Shown: piece after piece, positions 46,795 to 60,400 of the stretch | Position numbering within the stretch: the first letter of the stretch is position 1 | How the letters are laid out: each line of letters begins with the position of its first letter | Assembly: GCA_950097015.1 (NCBI GenBank) | Contig: CATNEN010000041.1 | Span: 3,534,001 to 3,598,000, forward strand | DNA: 64,000 bases | Direction: 5' to 3' | Source of the DNA: Macrostomum hystrix | Taxonomy: Eukaryota; Animalia; Platyhelminthes | Notes under the pieces: model-generated | Database searches by the model: none | The model's input: the letters and a program-made list of their open reading frames with translations, nothing else | What the model was told of the DNA's origin: nothing | Made by a program: the position numbers and the translations under genes

Positions 46795-49700
46795 ATGTCA
46801 TCATCTTCTTCGTCTCCACTGATGCAGCAGAAGGACACCACATACACCAAAATCTTTGTGGGTGGCCTGCCCTACCACACTACCGACGAGACTCTGCGCA
46901 GCTACTTCGAGCATTTCGGCGACCTGGATGAGGCCGTGGTCATCACCGATCGCAACACTAACAAGAGTCGCGGTTATGGGTTTGTAAGTCGCTGCTTGCT
47001 GTTTGTTGAAGTGATTAAATACCATTCTTGAAGTGACAAATCAGTTGTTTAATCTTACTGGTTGTTGCTAGGCTGAAACACGGGGCAACGGTAACTAGCT
47101 AAAATAATTTTTGACTATGCATTAATCGTCCAAGTCCAAGTGTCCTAGCTATTAGACGCCACTGACGCTGCTTGTAGAATGAATGGACCGCATTGGCCCT
47201 GCACTTGCGTCACCTGGCACAGCTTTATCTCTTGCCCACAGCCTGCACCTTCTCTTTATCTTTGTGTTCCTGCATGGCTGAAACATAGTTAGAACCTACC
47301 GAGCTGTGAGAAAAAAACTGAGCTGGGATAGTGGGCTTCTAGCTTGTGTGTGGCAGCTATTGCAGCTATGGTGCAGATAGCACCGGCCTATTTTTGTGAG
47401 TTGCGGCGCAGCTCCTTTAGCTCGTGCCACTGGCCTACCGTGCTGCGACAGTGCTGCGACTGTCCAAGCCAGGCTTGCTATTGCTTCGTATTATTGTTGA
47501 AGCGCACGTATCTGCCAGCTGGCCTGGCAACAGGGGAAGGAAACATGGAGAAGGAGGAATTTGACTGCTTGCAGGTGACTGCTGGCCAGGCCCAGAGCTC
47601 AAGCAACAAAAAAAGAAACTAAAGGCCGGTGAGCTATAGGATGGGATTCAGCCATAATAGGCTGTCAATGGGGCAATGCGCGCTGTTGCCTACATCATTT
47701 TATATCGTGTAATTCTTTCTCTCATATTCTCCCTGCCCATCCACACGGCCTCCGCAATTACTACAACAGCAGCAGAAGCGTCTGCCCTCAGCCGCCTTCT
47801 GGCCCGCATCCTCTGCCTCATCATAACACAGCCTCCGCCCGCTTCCTTGCTATACAACGCTACCTGCGCGTACACACAGTTTGGATCCAGCCTTCTCTGC
47901 TATTTTGCCTGGCTGTTGCGTGCAGGCAGCGCCCGCTTTTACCTCTCGTCCCATTGCTTGCCAAGCCGGGGAGGCTGGCCGGGGAGGAACCCACGGAATC
48001 GGGATGCTAGGGCTATGCTGGGAGGATTGTGCGGGGAGGTCCAACTCTAACGCTTATACTGATGAGTCACTCCCAGCGAGACAAAGACACTTCGTGGGGA
48101 CGCCTGTTGGGTTTTATGAATGTGGCTTCGAAGCGTCTCCCGAAATTTATACACAAGGACTGAGGAAAGGCCCGATTCGGCTTCTTTGTGAGCCTGTCGC
48201 TTCTCCCTTGCTACCCGTAACGAAGAAATGCGGCCTCGTTGCAAAAATAGTTAAGTTAGAAAGTATTGTTGTTGCTGGGGCCGCTTTCTGGCGTAGACTG
48301 GAGGTAGAACCGCGGATTGGCGGTGACATTATGAATTGGAAAGAAAATAGGAGAGGCTGGACCTTCGCAGTGCAGGATCAGACTTTGTAAACTGCTCTCT
48401 AGCTCCATGCAACTTTAATGTCTCCAGTTAATCCTATCTCCACCTTGCAGTTTTATTGAAGGCACTGCAAGCCCATAAAATTCCGTCTAATTGTTCGTAG
48501 AATCGACGTGACATGCCGCTGAGGAGGAACTGGTCCTTTTCCCGCTAACGCACGATATTTTCCCCCTGGGCATCGGCTTGCATTATTGCTTTGGGTGCTA
48601 TGGGGTTATCAAATGAAGCTGTAACAGAAGTAATTGGCAGTTGTCAAACAGTCTGTGCTCAAAGACACGCATTGCTTCTAAAATCCATTAAAAAACTCCT
48701 CAGGTGACCATGAAGCGACCAGAGGACGCCTTCAAGGCCATCCAAGAGCCCAATCCTTGCATCGACGGGCGCAAAGCCAATGTTAACCTGGCAGTCATCG
48801 GTGCCAAGCCCAGGAGCATTCCCAACGGTGAGTGAGCTATTGTACAGGGCTTGCAATGACCAGGTGAAGCCTAAGCATTCGAAATAGTGAGTGAGCAGTG
48901 TGCTGGCCTTTAAAGCGGTACAGTGTGCGATGACGGACCAAGCAGCTGAATTCACAAAGTGAGCTCCTTATCCAATATTTTATGTAGCCTGGCTGTTTTG
49001 TGGCCACAGGGTCCATCTATTGTGCCCGCATTGTGCCCAATATCGATGCATAAAATCTATGTTAACATTGCGCGAGCCCAATGTCTTCCTGCAGAGAGCC
49101 GGGAGAGCACAAGCTCTGCACCTAAATGACATATCAGTATTGTATCCGACTGAAAGATCTGCGCCGTGCGCAGGATGAAGCAGGCTGAGATGCCTTAGTC
49201 CTAGCAGCTCCAGTCTTGCATGGAGGGTAGGAGGGGGGCTTATTTCTGCTCACAAAAATTAAAAATAACCGACCAGCCACGCGAAATGTATGCGCGGCTT
49301 GTATAGCAGCGACTATAACAATGCCGCTGACACAGTTCTGTGCTCAGACCAGGGTGGGGGTGTGCTCAGACGGGCGCATAGGAACAACAATATTTGCCAT
49401 GGCAAGTGTTCGGTTCTGCAGAAATCCGTCTGTTTCTAATTGCCCCTCAGCACCTCTCACGCCTGAGAGGAGGACAGAGCTCAGGCACAATGGAAACACT
49501 GACATTGCGCGTGACAGTCGAGCATCTAAGCTCTGTAGTTTGGGGTGGGGCACTCAGCCATAGTCTTGCTGGCACCAGCCTGCTGAGAGCCTCGGACCCT
49601 CCGGCAGAAAATGCCGGCCCTGTGCGCACTGAGCAAGCAACTGCCGCCCCTTCATCATTGTTCTCCCAATTCTCGCATGCTTCATCGAGCGCATTCGAAG

Positions 49701-52250
49701 CCCAGCCAGACGCGCTAGCTGCTCCTGATGCCTCTTCACCCATGGCTCCCTGTAGTGCCTGAAATTTTATGGCACTTTATCGCTGCAACGGCTTTATGGC
49801 CTCGGACTGACAATTCGATTAAAACTCGAGGTCGCGGGCTTTTCGCATTTTATACTTCAGTACCTCGCAGTAATTGCCTTGCTTTCTTGTCTTACATGAA
49901 AACTCTATGTTAGGTAGTTAATGCCTATGTGTTGGTTGGGCCTTGCAGTCAGTGCTTCTGTGTAGGTTTAAAGCTGATTGAAGCTGTTAATGTGCACCGT
50001 GAGACCATCATATAATTGTCATTTTAGTACTTCACTTATATCGGCAAATAAGTCTTAAAATGAGTCTTAAAAATGTTTACTCATGTTTTTAAACTCGCTT
50101 GCTCTCTTGCTCACATAGTATATATGCCGGGGTATTCGAAAGCTCGGGTAATGCTTTGACTTTGTTTTGTTAGAACTCTACGAGTACTCATAAATTTCGT
50201 GAGAATCTAAATTTAGGTGTTTTTTCTGACAAGGAGACAGAGGTGCGAAGGATACAATTGTGATACAAAAAACTTCCGTCATTCCGCATCCTCCGAACCC
50301 ATTCTTTCCCATGTCCTTTTAGCTCACCTGCAGGCTCTGGCTCTGGCGCGGCTTCAGCAGGGAGTTCAGCATCAGCATCAGCAGGCCACGTGAGTGATCC
50401 TTTAGAAGGCTATCCTTCTTCTATTTTGCCATGGAACTTGACAGCGAAGCTAGAAATGAGCAATCTTTCCTAATCTGCAGCAATGACGAAAATAGCAAAA
50501 CATTTTCGAATAGCAGCCTGACCGATTTTTGCCTGCTCCGGCTGAATCAGCAAGGGAAAATCAGCAGGGGTTGATAGCAGGGGCCATCCTAGAAACTAAA
50601 ATGATTCGCGGCAGCAACAAGACTATACCAGCGTTTTAATCTTCCATTTACACAGCCGCTAGCTGAGCAGAGCTGCTCCCACAGCAGCAGGTATTGCACC
50701 AGAGTACTACTCGTATAGTCCTCACAGTCGGGCTGAAGTGAAAACTTGGCGAGCCTTAGCGGCCATATACTCTCACAAAGTGCTTTCTCTGTATATAGTT
50801 TTTGACCTGTCTTTCTTCTTAATCGTTTGCTTGAAGTCTGTTTCCCCAACGGTGAAAGTGACTCTGGAGGCCTACAGCCTCCTAGCCCGGTCACAAACAA
50901 TTTGCAGTGCCGAGTCTAGTAACTGTCGCTATCGCAGACCAGAACCCGCTGTCCATCCAGCTCTCCAGTGCCACAATGGTGCCCCAGCAGCTTCCCTAGC
51001 GCTCTGCCAGTTATTCTTAGACCCCTTAAACTATCCAGCCCTCCTGCTGGTCCGGGTGGGTAGAATAAGTGAGAGAAAGGAAGGTGCGGCAGGCAGCTGG
51101 GACCACTCGGAGAGGTATTTTTTCCCTGACAGGCCTGGTTGTCGGGGTGAGGCTCCGGGAAGTCGGCAATAGCAGCAATAGTGCTGGTAAAGCACATTGA
51201 TAGCATTTCCCATGAGGCTGGGGAGTGAAGCAAGAGGTGCGCAACTTCATTAGCGCACGAGACGGTAAGGGGAAGGGTTGGCTCCACGAACGCATCCAGC
51301 CTGATGCTTTGATTCCTTCTTGCTTAGCCGGTGCAGATCGATGGCACCCGCAGATTCTGCAGCTCCTAAACCCTATCGGAAAGGCAGCTTCTGCAGCTGG
51401 CGGACGGGTGCCGCATCAGCAGGCTCTCTAACCTAGCCACTGTCAGCCCGCTCATTAACAATAATACCATATCCTCTATATTTTATGGATTGCTGTGTTA
51501 GGACTTGCCGTGCTTCATCTAGGTCCGAGTATTACCCACGACAGATGCGTCTAATGAAAGAAGTCGAGGGGCACGCAGCATAGGGCCTAACAAATTGAAT
51601 CTCGGTTGAATCTCGAAAAATCTAGCCGGCGTTTCTTTAGCGCCCCAAAACAATGATTGTTAATCACTCGCTTGCGGCACTACTAACAATGTCCAGTACG
51701 AAATGTGGCCAACGGTGATTTTCCCGTTAAAATCTTCCGTGTTTCCAGGCTGCCACAGCTGGCTTCGTACGCGTACCAGCCCGTGGTGACACCGGCCGGC
51801 CTCGTGGCCCTCACGCCTCCCGTCTCCAGCGGCATCGGCGGCTCCCAGTCTACCGTGGGTGCCAGCACAAGTATGCTTGATTATGCCACATCTGCCATGT
51901 ACCAGCAGTACCAGCAGTACGCCGCAGCCTACCCCGGACTGTCCGAGTCTGCCATGCTACAGCTGGCTCAGGTGAGTAACTGTAGCTACTCGGGAATCCC
52001 TTATCTAATCGACGGTTTGCGAATTCGACTATAACTTGCACCAACGTTATCATACAGACCTGTCGCAATTCTGATCCTCCCCACCTCGCAGGCTTCCTAC
52101 CTGCCACAGTATTACGCTGCCGCTGCGGCTGCAGGAATGCCGGGCGCTTTGGGCCTCGGCGCTTCTCTGAGCGGCACATCAGTACTGTCCGGTGGGCAGG
52201 CGATTCCCAGCAGCTTCCTACAGCCGGGCAGTCAGGAGCGAGCTCAGTGA
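46795..52250 (+). CDS. RBM24: RBM24/RBM38 (SUP-12/SEB4)-like RRM protein, about 253 aa; exons 46795-46983, 48704-48827, 50323-50389, 51749-51971, 52092-52250
   Basis: [49 protein letters not shown], an Ala/Tyr/Gln-rich tail and a C-terminal QERAQ*. Junctions are in phase (762 nt); exon 3 is less certain. Confidence 0.9.
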
Positions 52251-53233
52251 GGGCCTACCACGGCCCATGGGCCTTCCACGGCCCATCTTAGAGGCTTGTC
52301 ACAACTGGGAGCGCAGCTGATATGTACTATGCTGTGATTTAGTCCTCAGCTCAAACTTCCTCGTGCGTCGTCCTCCACCGCATCATTGCCCCACCTCCCC
52401 GTTAGAGTGCTTTTTCAGGCCCGCTGCAAACTCAAATCGAGCCCCGAATGTTGCATTTGCATGCAGGCGCGCATTCAGAGTCCGGCAGTTCCCATTGAAG
52501 CAGCTATTCCAGTATTTCATAACCCAATTCATCATTTCATCATAACCCAACAGGATCCCTTGCTCACAGGGTTATGGCCCATGTAATCATTGGCTCAAAA
52601 TGATAATGCCATTTAAAGGAAAAACTAGGAAAACGGTAGTACAGTCATTTAGTTCCAACTTTTCACCCAGAACCTGGTAAAATAGCAATGTTTAAATCGC
52701 TGCTTGTTCATCTAGCTAATTCGCTTATTTTATTTGCTTTCACGCTTGTGTCACAATGTCCCACAGTTAGAGCACACTGCCTATATCTCATTTGTATTTC
52801 ACGCGTTTGTGAAAGATTTTACTCATGACAAAGGTAAAAATATTGTTCGGCTGTTAGTAGCTCGGGTCTCATGTCACCGCCCAGAACAGATCTCTAATTT
52901 TACGAGTGTTCCAAAGTCGAGTACGATTGTCGTCTTTCCCAAACCCCATTTTAATGAAGCTAACGTGATGCGCATCTGAAGCTAAACCACCTTACTGTAC
53001 ATGCGTGCCTCACCTTACTGTAATCCGTGTGCAAACTGCAAGATGCTCTTGGATTTGCGCACTTCAACCAAGCGCTCCTCCACCCACTCTGGACGCGAGT
53101 CCAGGCTGATTGGCATGGGGACCCATCAAGCTGTTTCCTTATGTATTATGAAATACTGTATTGCTTCTTTTGATTGTTTTGAAATCATTGACTGCGGAGC
53201 AATTTGAGAATGCGTAGTTGTCATGTGAAAGAT

Positions 53234-53631
53234 TTTGGCTCGACTGACAAACGTTGGTTTTTAAATACAACCGCATCAAGCAAAGCGCTGAGAACACTGC
53301 GTTTTCATCACCGAATATGTGGAATGTTTATTTGGCTCGACTGACAAACGTTGGTTTTTAAATACAACCGCATCAAGCAAAGCGCTGAGAACACTGCGTT
53401 TTCATCACCGAATATGTGGAATGTTTATTTGGCTCGACTGACAAACGTTGGTTTTTAAATACAACCGCATCAAGCAAAGCGCTGAGAACACTGCGTTTTC
53501 ATCACCGAATATGTGGAATGTTTATTTGGCTCGACTGACAAACGTTGGTTTTTAAATACAACCGCATCAAGCAAAGCGCTGAGAACACTGCGTTTTCATC
53601 ACCGAATATGTGGAATGTTTATTTGGCTCGA
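53234..53631. repeat. 97-bp tandem repeat, 4 apparently identical copies plus 10 bp
   Basis: GGCTCG recurs at 53237, 53334, 53431, 53528 and 53625. Confidence 0.97.
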
Positions 53632-54451
53632 ATTCGCAGCAACTACTGACAATAATGTGATGCGAACTCTTACTTTTGTACATGCTGCTAGGAGTTCCTT
53701 ACTGACCCAGTTAGCTAGGAATGGAGTAGGGCGAAACTGTACTGCATGACTCATGTTATATGATGGTGAAATGACCAAAGAAATATTCGTACAGTTTATA
53801 AGAACAGTAATTTTTTTAATTATTAGTTCGTATATTTGCTTAGCACCGAGGAAGAAGACTGAAGTATAACGAACAATCGTGGGCAACTGAACCACTGCAT
53901 GGACTACTGCCGTACTCGTACTAGTGGTCCTAAGCCCATTATAGCATAACTTAGAAGTCGATACACAATAGTTAAGATATTTAGTACTGAGATCTTGCAT
54001 AGAGTTTCTATTCCGAACTGACTAGTTAAATGAAATGAACACTGAAAGTTAAAATTAAATCAACCTTACTAGCTCGTAATAGTACTGAATCTTTGCACAA
54101 GCATTCGTGCTGATCTGAAGACGATTATAGAACTATATTCGCAATTAAATTGTTTTTACCTATCAAATTTAAATCCTGCTCGAAGGAGTCTGGATATATT
54201 TCTTCCGCAAAGCAATTTTTCATCAACGCAGACTACTACTCCCAGTAGATCATGTTGGTAGCTAACTAATGCCCACTTTTATGTGCCGGCTTTTCTCTCA
54301 CCCGATTGGCTGTGAGTAGTAGCGTGGTCCACTAACCCGCAGTCAGTGCCCTCCGATTTCCTCATCTCCCTTCAACAGCTTCCGAGATCTGAAAAAGGAG
54401 CGCAAAATTTTGAGCTGACCACGCTGCTGAATCAAATCGAGTGCTCCAGCG

Positions 54452-57400
54452 ATGCAGGACCTTAAGGACCAGATACTCGAGCCTGGGTGGAGGGACCAGG
54501 CGAAGTCGTCACTGGCTGCACTGAGGAGGTGAGCTCAGGTGGTCTTTATTCACCATTTTATTTGCGTTATTTTAATCGAGATCAAATTCAGTTCGTGAAA
54601 GAAACAGAAGAAATAGTTACTGAAATCTGAAGCACAACTTGAAGCGGATAATTAAACGATTAGCACCAGAAAGACTTCTAGAAATTGATTTTTGTTTTGA
54701 ATTGTCGATTGCTTTTTGTTGTTATTACACTAGTTTGCACATGCAGGCAAAAATTTATTTTTATTTTTTTGAGAGAAACAAACGACTCAAGATAAAAGCA
54801 ACCGAAATGTTAGGGATAAAACAAAAAATATGAAAAGAGTGACTCTGAACAAAAAAGGAGGGAAAAATAACATTCAGGTAGCACATATAATAACACAGGA
54901 CCACTAGTAGTTAGCAGTCCTTCAGCAGGTTAGTAGTTTTGTAATCTACTTTAGTAGGTAGTCCTTGAAAATAACTTTAGGGCAGTACTTTCTTTTTCTG
55001 TCTCTATAATGTATACTTCCAGTTCAGAGCTTCAGAGTTCGGATTCAGAAATTGATTTTTCGAATCTCAAGCTCAGGGAAAAATGTGCGTCATCATGCAA
55101 AATATTTAATTCCCCGTTTATTAAGCTGTAAAATGAATATCAGCTCAGCTGGGGCAGAATGGATGGGTGTAGCGGTCCAGTCAATCAACTGAACAGTTGT
55201 AAACTACCCTTGGATTTTTATGCCCTGATGCGTCGATTATCTTAGGTACGTTTTTAGATTTAGGTTCTTTCGAAAATGTAAACCTTTTCAAGCTTTCGAA
55301 GTTTGCAGTAATTTATGTTTTGTCTTTTTTATTTTATCTAGCGGAGCATTACTTTCTTAATAATGACTTAAACAACACTCGAATCTAAAGATTCTAGGGT
55401 AACATAAGATCTTGAAATCTCGTAGAAGATCGATAGAATATATCGAGCATTCTTGTATTCGAAAATACTAGCTTTCATATCAATTGTGCTGATACTTCTT
55501 GAGCAAGCCTAACTGGTAAGAAATATATAGAAAAAAATTGGGAGCTATTGATGGAATTTTTTAAATGGGAAGAGGAAAATGTAAAGTCCTAAGACTCAAG
55601 AACTAATACAATTTGCTACTGTAATGTTACCCACAGTAATGTGTCTGCTAGGCATGGGCGGAAGTGGAAAATACATGTGAAGGCGCTCGCAAGAGTGCAA
55701 AATAAACGACAATGCTGCCAACTGCAGCAGGCACATGACAGCCATTGTGCAGCCGGCCCATGATTGATGCCGCAGTTCAACGAGGCGGCATTTCCGTCAT
55801 TCAAACAGCTTCTTTTATGATTCAGTCGAGAATTTATTCTCACAATTTTGAAACTCTTATTTCAAGGGCCGCGACTCCGTGGGGAAGAAGGATTTGAAAG
55901 GTGTGGGCCAGAGCCCAAAGCGCGCAGAGCTGCAGCTGCAGGGCGGGCAAGTCATGCGTGAAATTGAGAAGCCTCTAAAGCGGCCACGAAAGCTGCCTCT
56001 TTGAGGCTTCGCCCTGCAAGCGGATTGCGCTGAGATTCGGACTGGCGAAACGCGAAGCCCCAGCTCCATATTCCTCGAGCTTCAGCGAGTTTGATTCAGA
56101 ATGCTTTGCAGTGCATCTATTTCAGGTCAGTTCGGAGCATCATCATTTCAGGTTACACGAGGTGCATGGCTATCAGGTGACGCGCCTGAACCAAGCACAA
56201 AGACATTGGGACAGGCGGTCTCTAGCTTTTCTGCGGAATCGATGAGCTTTGCTGGCACAACAGCAAGGACGCATGCATGTAGGGCGGGAGGGCGATTTAT
56301 CACCGAGCAAGCCGATCTCCATCATTCCCAGGTTAATCGGACCGCCTTTGTTTGGAAACCCGGTAAGCTGGGCTCGGATGGCAGTGACTTTAGCGGATTA
56401 TCAGCGCACTTGGGCAGCACCCCGCAGAGAAGGCGAGCTCAGGTGCTGGACGCGCAGCGCTGAAAATTTTAAGCCTGGATTATTCCCAACATTGGTTCGA
56501 AATATCCTGCAGAAGAGCTGGGTTGATTCGCGGATTGGAGCGCCATGGCTGCATTTTCTAGACTGTCTAGAGAGCTGGCCCTAGTTCTATCTCTAACTTT
56601 CAGATCCTTCCACAAAATTTCTCACCTCTTTTTTCATCAAGATAATCTCTGTAAGTCCCCATTTCACTGTGAAATAATCTTCCCCTGGCCCAGCCTGCGA
56701 GAGAAATAGATTAACGATTGCGGGTCGAATTGAATGCGGGGACTGGCGATCAGTGTCGCTCCGCTGTTGAGATTGCCAAGCCAAATTTGCGCACTTCGGC
56801 GGAAATAAAAAATGAGAAAGAAACCATTATAGGGATAAGGATAAACCATTTGTGTGATAAGCCAAACGCAATTTGCTCTAATCTCTTCTTGACTGCCTAG
56901 TGCTCTGCTCCAGCACAGCCTCTCAAAATTCGCTTCGGGCTGGGAATCCCGTCCGAGCATACCTAAATTGAGAAAAAGGAAAAAAGCATCCCACTTGCCG
57001 ACTCAAGTTGATAACGCCGTGGTCTCTGATCTCTGGGCTAGCAAAATCGGACAGGATCTTTGCTGCCCTCTCGTTTGTGAAAAGCCGCCCCAATCATTAT
57101 TCTTACATTCGCACAACAGGCCGCTCCCGTGAGTTTCTAATAATCCATTTTCCAGTCCTGCCATGCGCAGTCATCTTTTCTACTACAGCACTGCAGCTCA
57201 GTGCCCACGGCTTTCACCGCCTGAGCCTGTAGGTTGACTGCCGCTCACGCATACTGTACCCGGCCTCCTCCGGCCTCCCGGACCCGGCATAGATGCCACT
57301 CTCACATGTCATACCTCCCTCTTCTATTTAGCAAAGCCGACTTTGTTTAAACTTAAGGCACTCAAAGGCGGCCAGCCAAAAATGGGCAGCAAACGAATCG

Positions 57401-60400
57401 CCTGGAACTTTAGAAAGAGAAACCAGCCGGCCTGCTAGTAAGAATTATGCTCTAAAGATGAGAGTGGATAGCATGCAAATTCAATTTGGAAAGACCGGCC
57501 CTTGAAGACAATCGGCTTTGACAGTCGCTGCAGTCAGCCCGGTTCTTGGACAGAAGTCCCAAGTCGCAATCTGATTCACGCGAGCTTCGGGAGACGAAGG
57601 GGCGGGTGGTAAAGGGTCGGCTGCCGATCCGGATTTACTCAAAGCGAATAGGAAATTGCAGAGGTGCAGGCCAAAATGATCCCAGGCTGCCGGAGATCCT
57701 CAGCATCACGCAGCCTTACCTCGCCTCTATTTGATGGCAAATGGCCGCTGACAATCATGATAGGAATCGTAAGACTGTCAAAGAGCTTTTCTGAGGCTAA
57801 CGGAATTAGTCCTAACTGCAAGAAGATTACGAGTATTTCGACTGATTAAAACTGTACATGCGAATTGACTCAAAGCTGAACCCAATTGAAACAGTCAGCG
57901 TTTCGACTGATTAAAACTGCAGGTGCGAATCGACTCAATGCTGAACACAACTGAAACAATCAGAGCGTTTCGACTGATTAAAACTGTAGATGCGAATCGA
58001 CTCAATGCTGAACACAACTGAAACAATTAAAGCGTTTCGACTGATTAAAACTGCAGATGCGAATCGACTCAATGCTGAACACAACTGAAACAATCAGAGC
58101 GTTTCGACTGATTAAAACTGTAGATGCGAATCGACTCAATGCTGAACACAACTGAAACAATTAAAGCGTTTCGACTGATTAAAACTGCAGATGCGAATCG
58201 ACTCAATGCTGAACACAACTGAAACAATTAAAGCGTTTCGACTGATTAAAACTGCAGGTGCGAATCGACTCAATGCTGAACACAACTGAAACAATCAGAG
58301 CGTTTCGACTGATTAAAACTGCAGATGCGAATCGACTCAATGCTGAACACAACTGAAACAATTAAAGCGTTTCGACTGATTAAAACTGTAGATGCGAATC
58401 GACTCAATGCTGAACACAACTGAAACAATTAAAGCGTTTCGACTGATTAAAACTGTAGATGCGAATCGACTCAATGCTGAACACAACTGAAACAATTAAA
58501 GCGTTTCGACTGATTAAAACTGTAGATGCGAATCGAATCAATGCTGAACACAACTGTAGCGATTTGAGCGTTTCGAATCTCAGCCAGTCTCCATTCCTTT
58601 CACGCAACACCAAAAATTGGTGTAAGGAAATGCCTCAGTCATTCTCTCAGCCAGTCTCCATCACTCTCACCCCACAGCAAACTGGTGAAGGGCAATGATA
58701 CGGACGAGTTTGGTAACTACAACGAGCTGGATGAGGCTGAGGAATCCTCTGGCGAGCCGCGGAAGCCGACAGGCAAAACCTACTACACTGGGCTATGCAG
58801 TTTTTGCAACAAGTGCCCTTGCAGTCGCTGCTCCAAGCGCTACATCACGTCGTTCCTGTGCTCAATGGGATTTTTGATTAGCTTTGGTATCCGCTGCAAT
58901 ATGGGCGTGGCTACCAGCTACTTCCGTGGCACCGCCAACAGTAGCCTCGGTGGCCCTGAGCTGCCAGCCGCAGCCAGGCAGGCTGTTGCCATGGCGCCAT
59001 ACGAGGTACACTATCTGAGGTACCGCAATTCAACTCACAGAGCGGTGAGTAAGACGAGCCTGTATGACGGGAAGATCAGATTATTTTTTTAGCTCGTCCC
59101 ACCGATTTCAGTGGCGTGATTTTTTCACATAGCTGTGAGGTGCTTTGATCCGAAATTTTAGTGTAATAAATAAACCCTATCGGCAGTTGGAAGCTCCCAA
59201 AAAGCTACTGTTTGCAATCTAGTTTCCAAATTTAAGTCATAAGTAATTTACGAGCTCGTACTTAAACAGATCTACTTGGGCGGCCGTTTTCTGAAAGTGC
59301 AGGTGATGTGTGACTTTTAAACATTTTGCTTTTATTTCAGTTCTAGACAATAACACTCAAGCTCTGCACTAAGTGCATAACCAACACTTCTCTCTACTGT
59401 CTACGAAATAAAACCACTTTCGTATAAGCTCGCTAGCCCAAGTTTAGACTAAAGTTACATTGAGATAGGAGTTGCATCAAATTTATCTTACGAAGGTTTA
59501 CATGACGAGGCCTTGTCTTTAACGCAAAATAAAGCATGATTACTCCTGCCTCAGAGTCCGGAGCTCCAATGGTCGCCACTCATGGTCGGAGCGGTCGAGA
59601 GCTCGTTCTTCTGGGGCTACCTTTTCACCCAGATTCCAGGAGGCATCATAGCGGCGAAGTTCCCAGCCACGAAGATGTTCGGCCTGGCCATATTTTGTTC
59701 GTCTTTTCTTAATCTCTTCCTGCCTACTGCCTGCCACGTCAGTTTCATTCTGGTCATCTTCATCCGCGTGCTGCAGGGACTCGTTGAGGTGAGGCTTTTG
59801 CACATGTAATAACTGATCAGTAATGTTCTACGCCTGTAGCTCGAAGTTAGGCTTAACAAACTGACCATAAAACAAGGACAAACAGGTGATATAAAGTTAT
59901 AAGTTATATATATACTCGTAAACATAGAGGTATGGCCCTAGCGCGCAAGCGCTCGCAGTAATGATAAGGAGGAGGCCGTAGCGGACTAGGACTCAGTCCG
60001 AGGGCCTTCACGCCAGCATCAAAAGTAAGCAGCAGTGCGGTGGGTCGCTTTTGCCAGCCGATCGTTTGGCCGATAAAGAATTACCAACGCTAGCGGGTTC
60101 TGATTGCCGCGCTCCTGGCTCCTCAGGCGATAGCCCAGCATCATCAGGTGTTGTCTGCCTAGGGGGACAAAAGAGCAGAGTCGCCTTGCAGGCAGGAACT
60201 GCGCCAAAGGCTACCCGATCTTAAGAGAGTATTCTGGAAACCTAAAGTATGAGGCATAAATCGCAACACGGTTGCCTTTTTATATAGCTTTTGTCAGGTT
60301 CTACTGCTTAATTCTAAATGCTAAGGGATATTAAAGTTATAGCTATTGTTGCCCTTGAGGTTTAATGCGCTAGTCTCAACATTCACCAATTTTAAAAAAT

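Noticed and set aside
48058-48090. CTGATGAGTC...GAC as a hammerhead ribozyme
   Set aside because: It is followed by AAAG in place of GAAA, and stems I and III were not found.
53240-57910. Shared TCGACTGA 8-mer in the 97-bp and 67-bp repeats
   Set aside because: An 8-mer match between two units of this length is not unlikely by chance.
57831-58576. 67-bp unit as a hammerhead ribozyme array (CTGATTA ... GAAAC)
   Set aside because: The core needs CUGANGA; here it is CUGAUUA, and no stem II flanks it.
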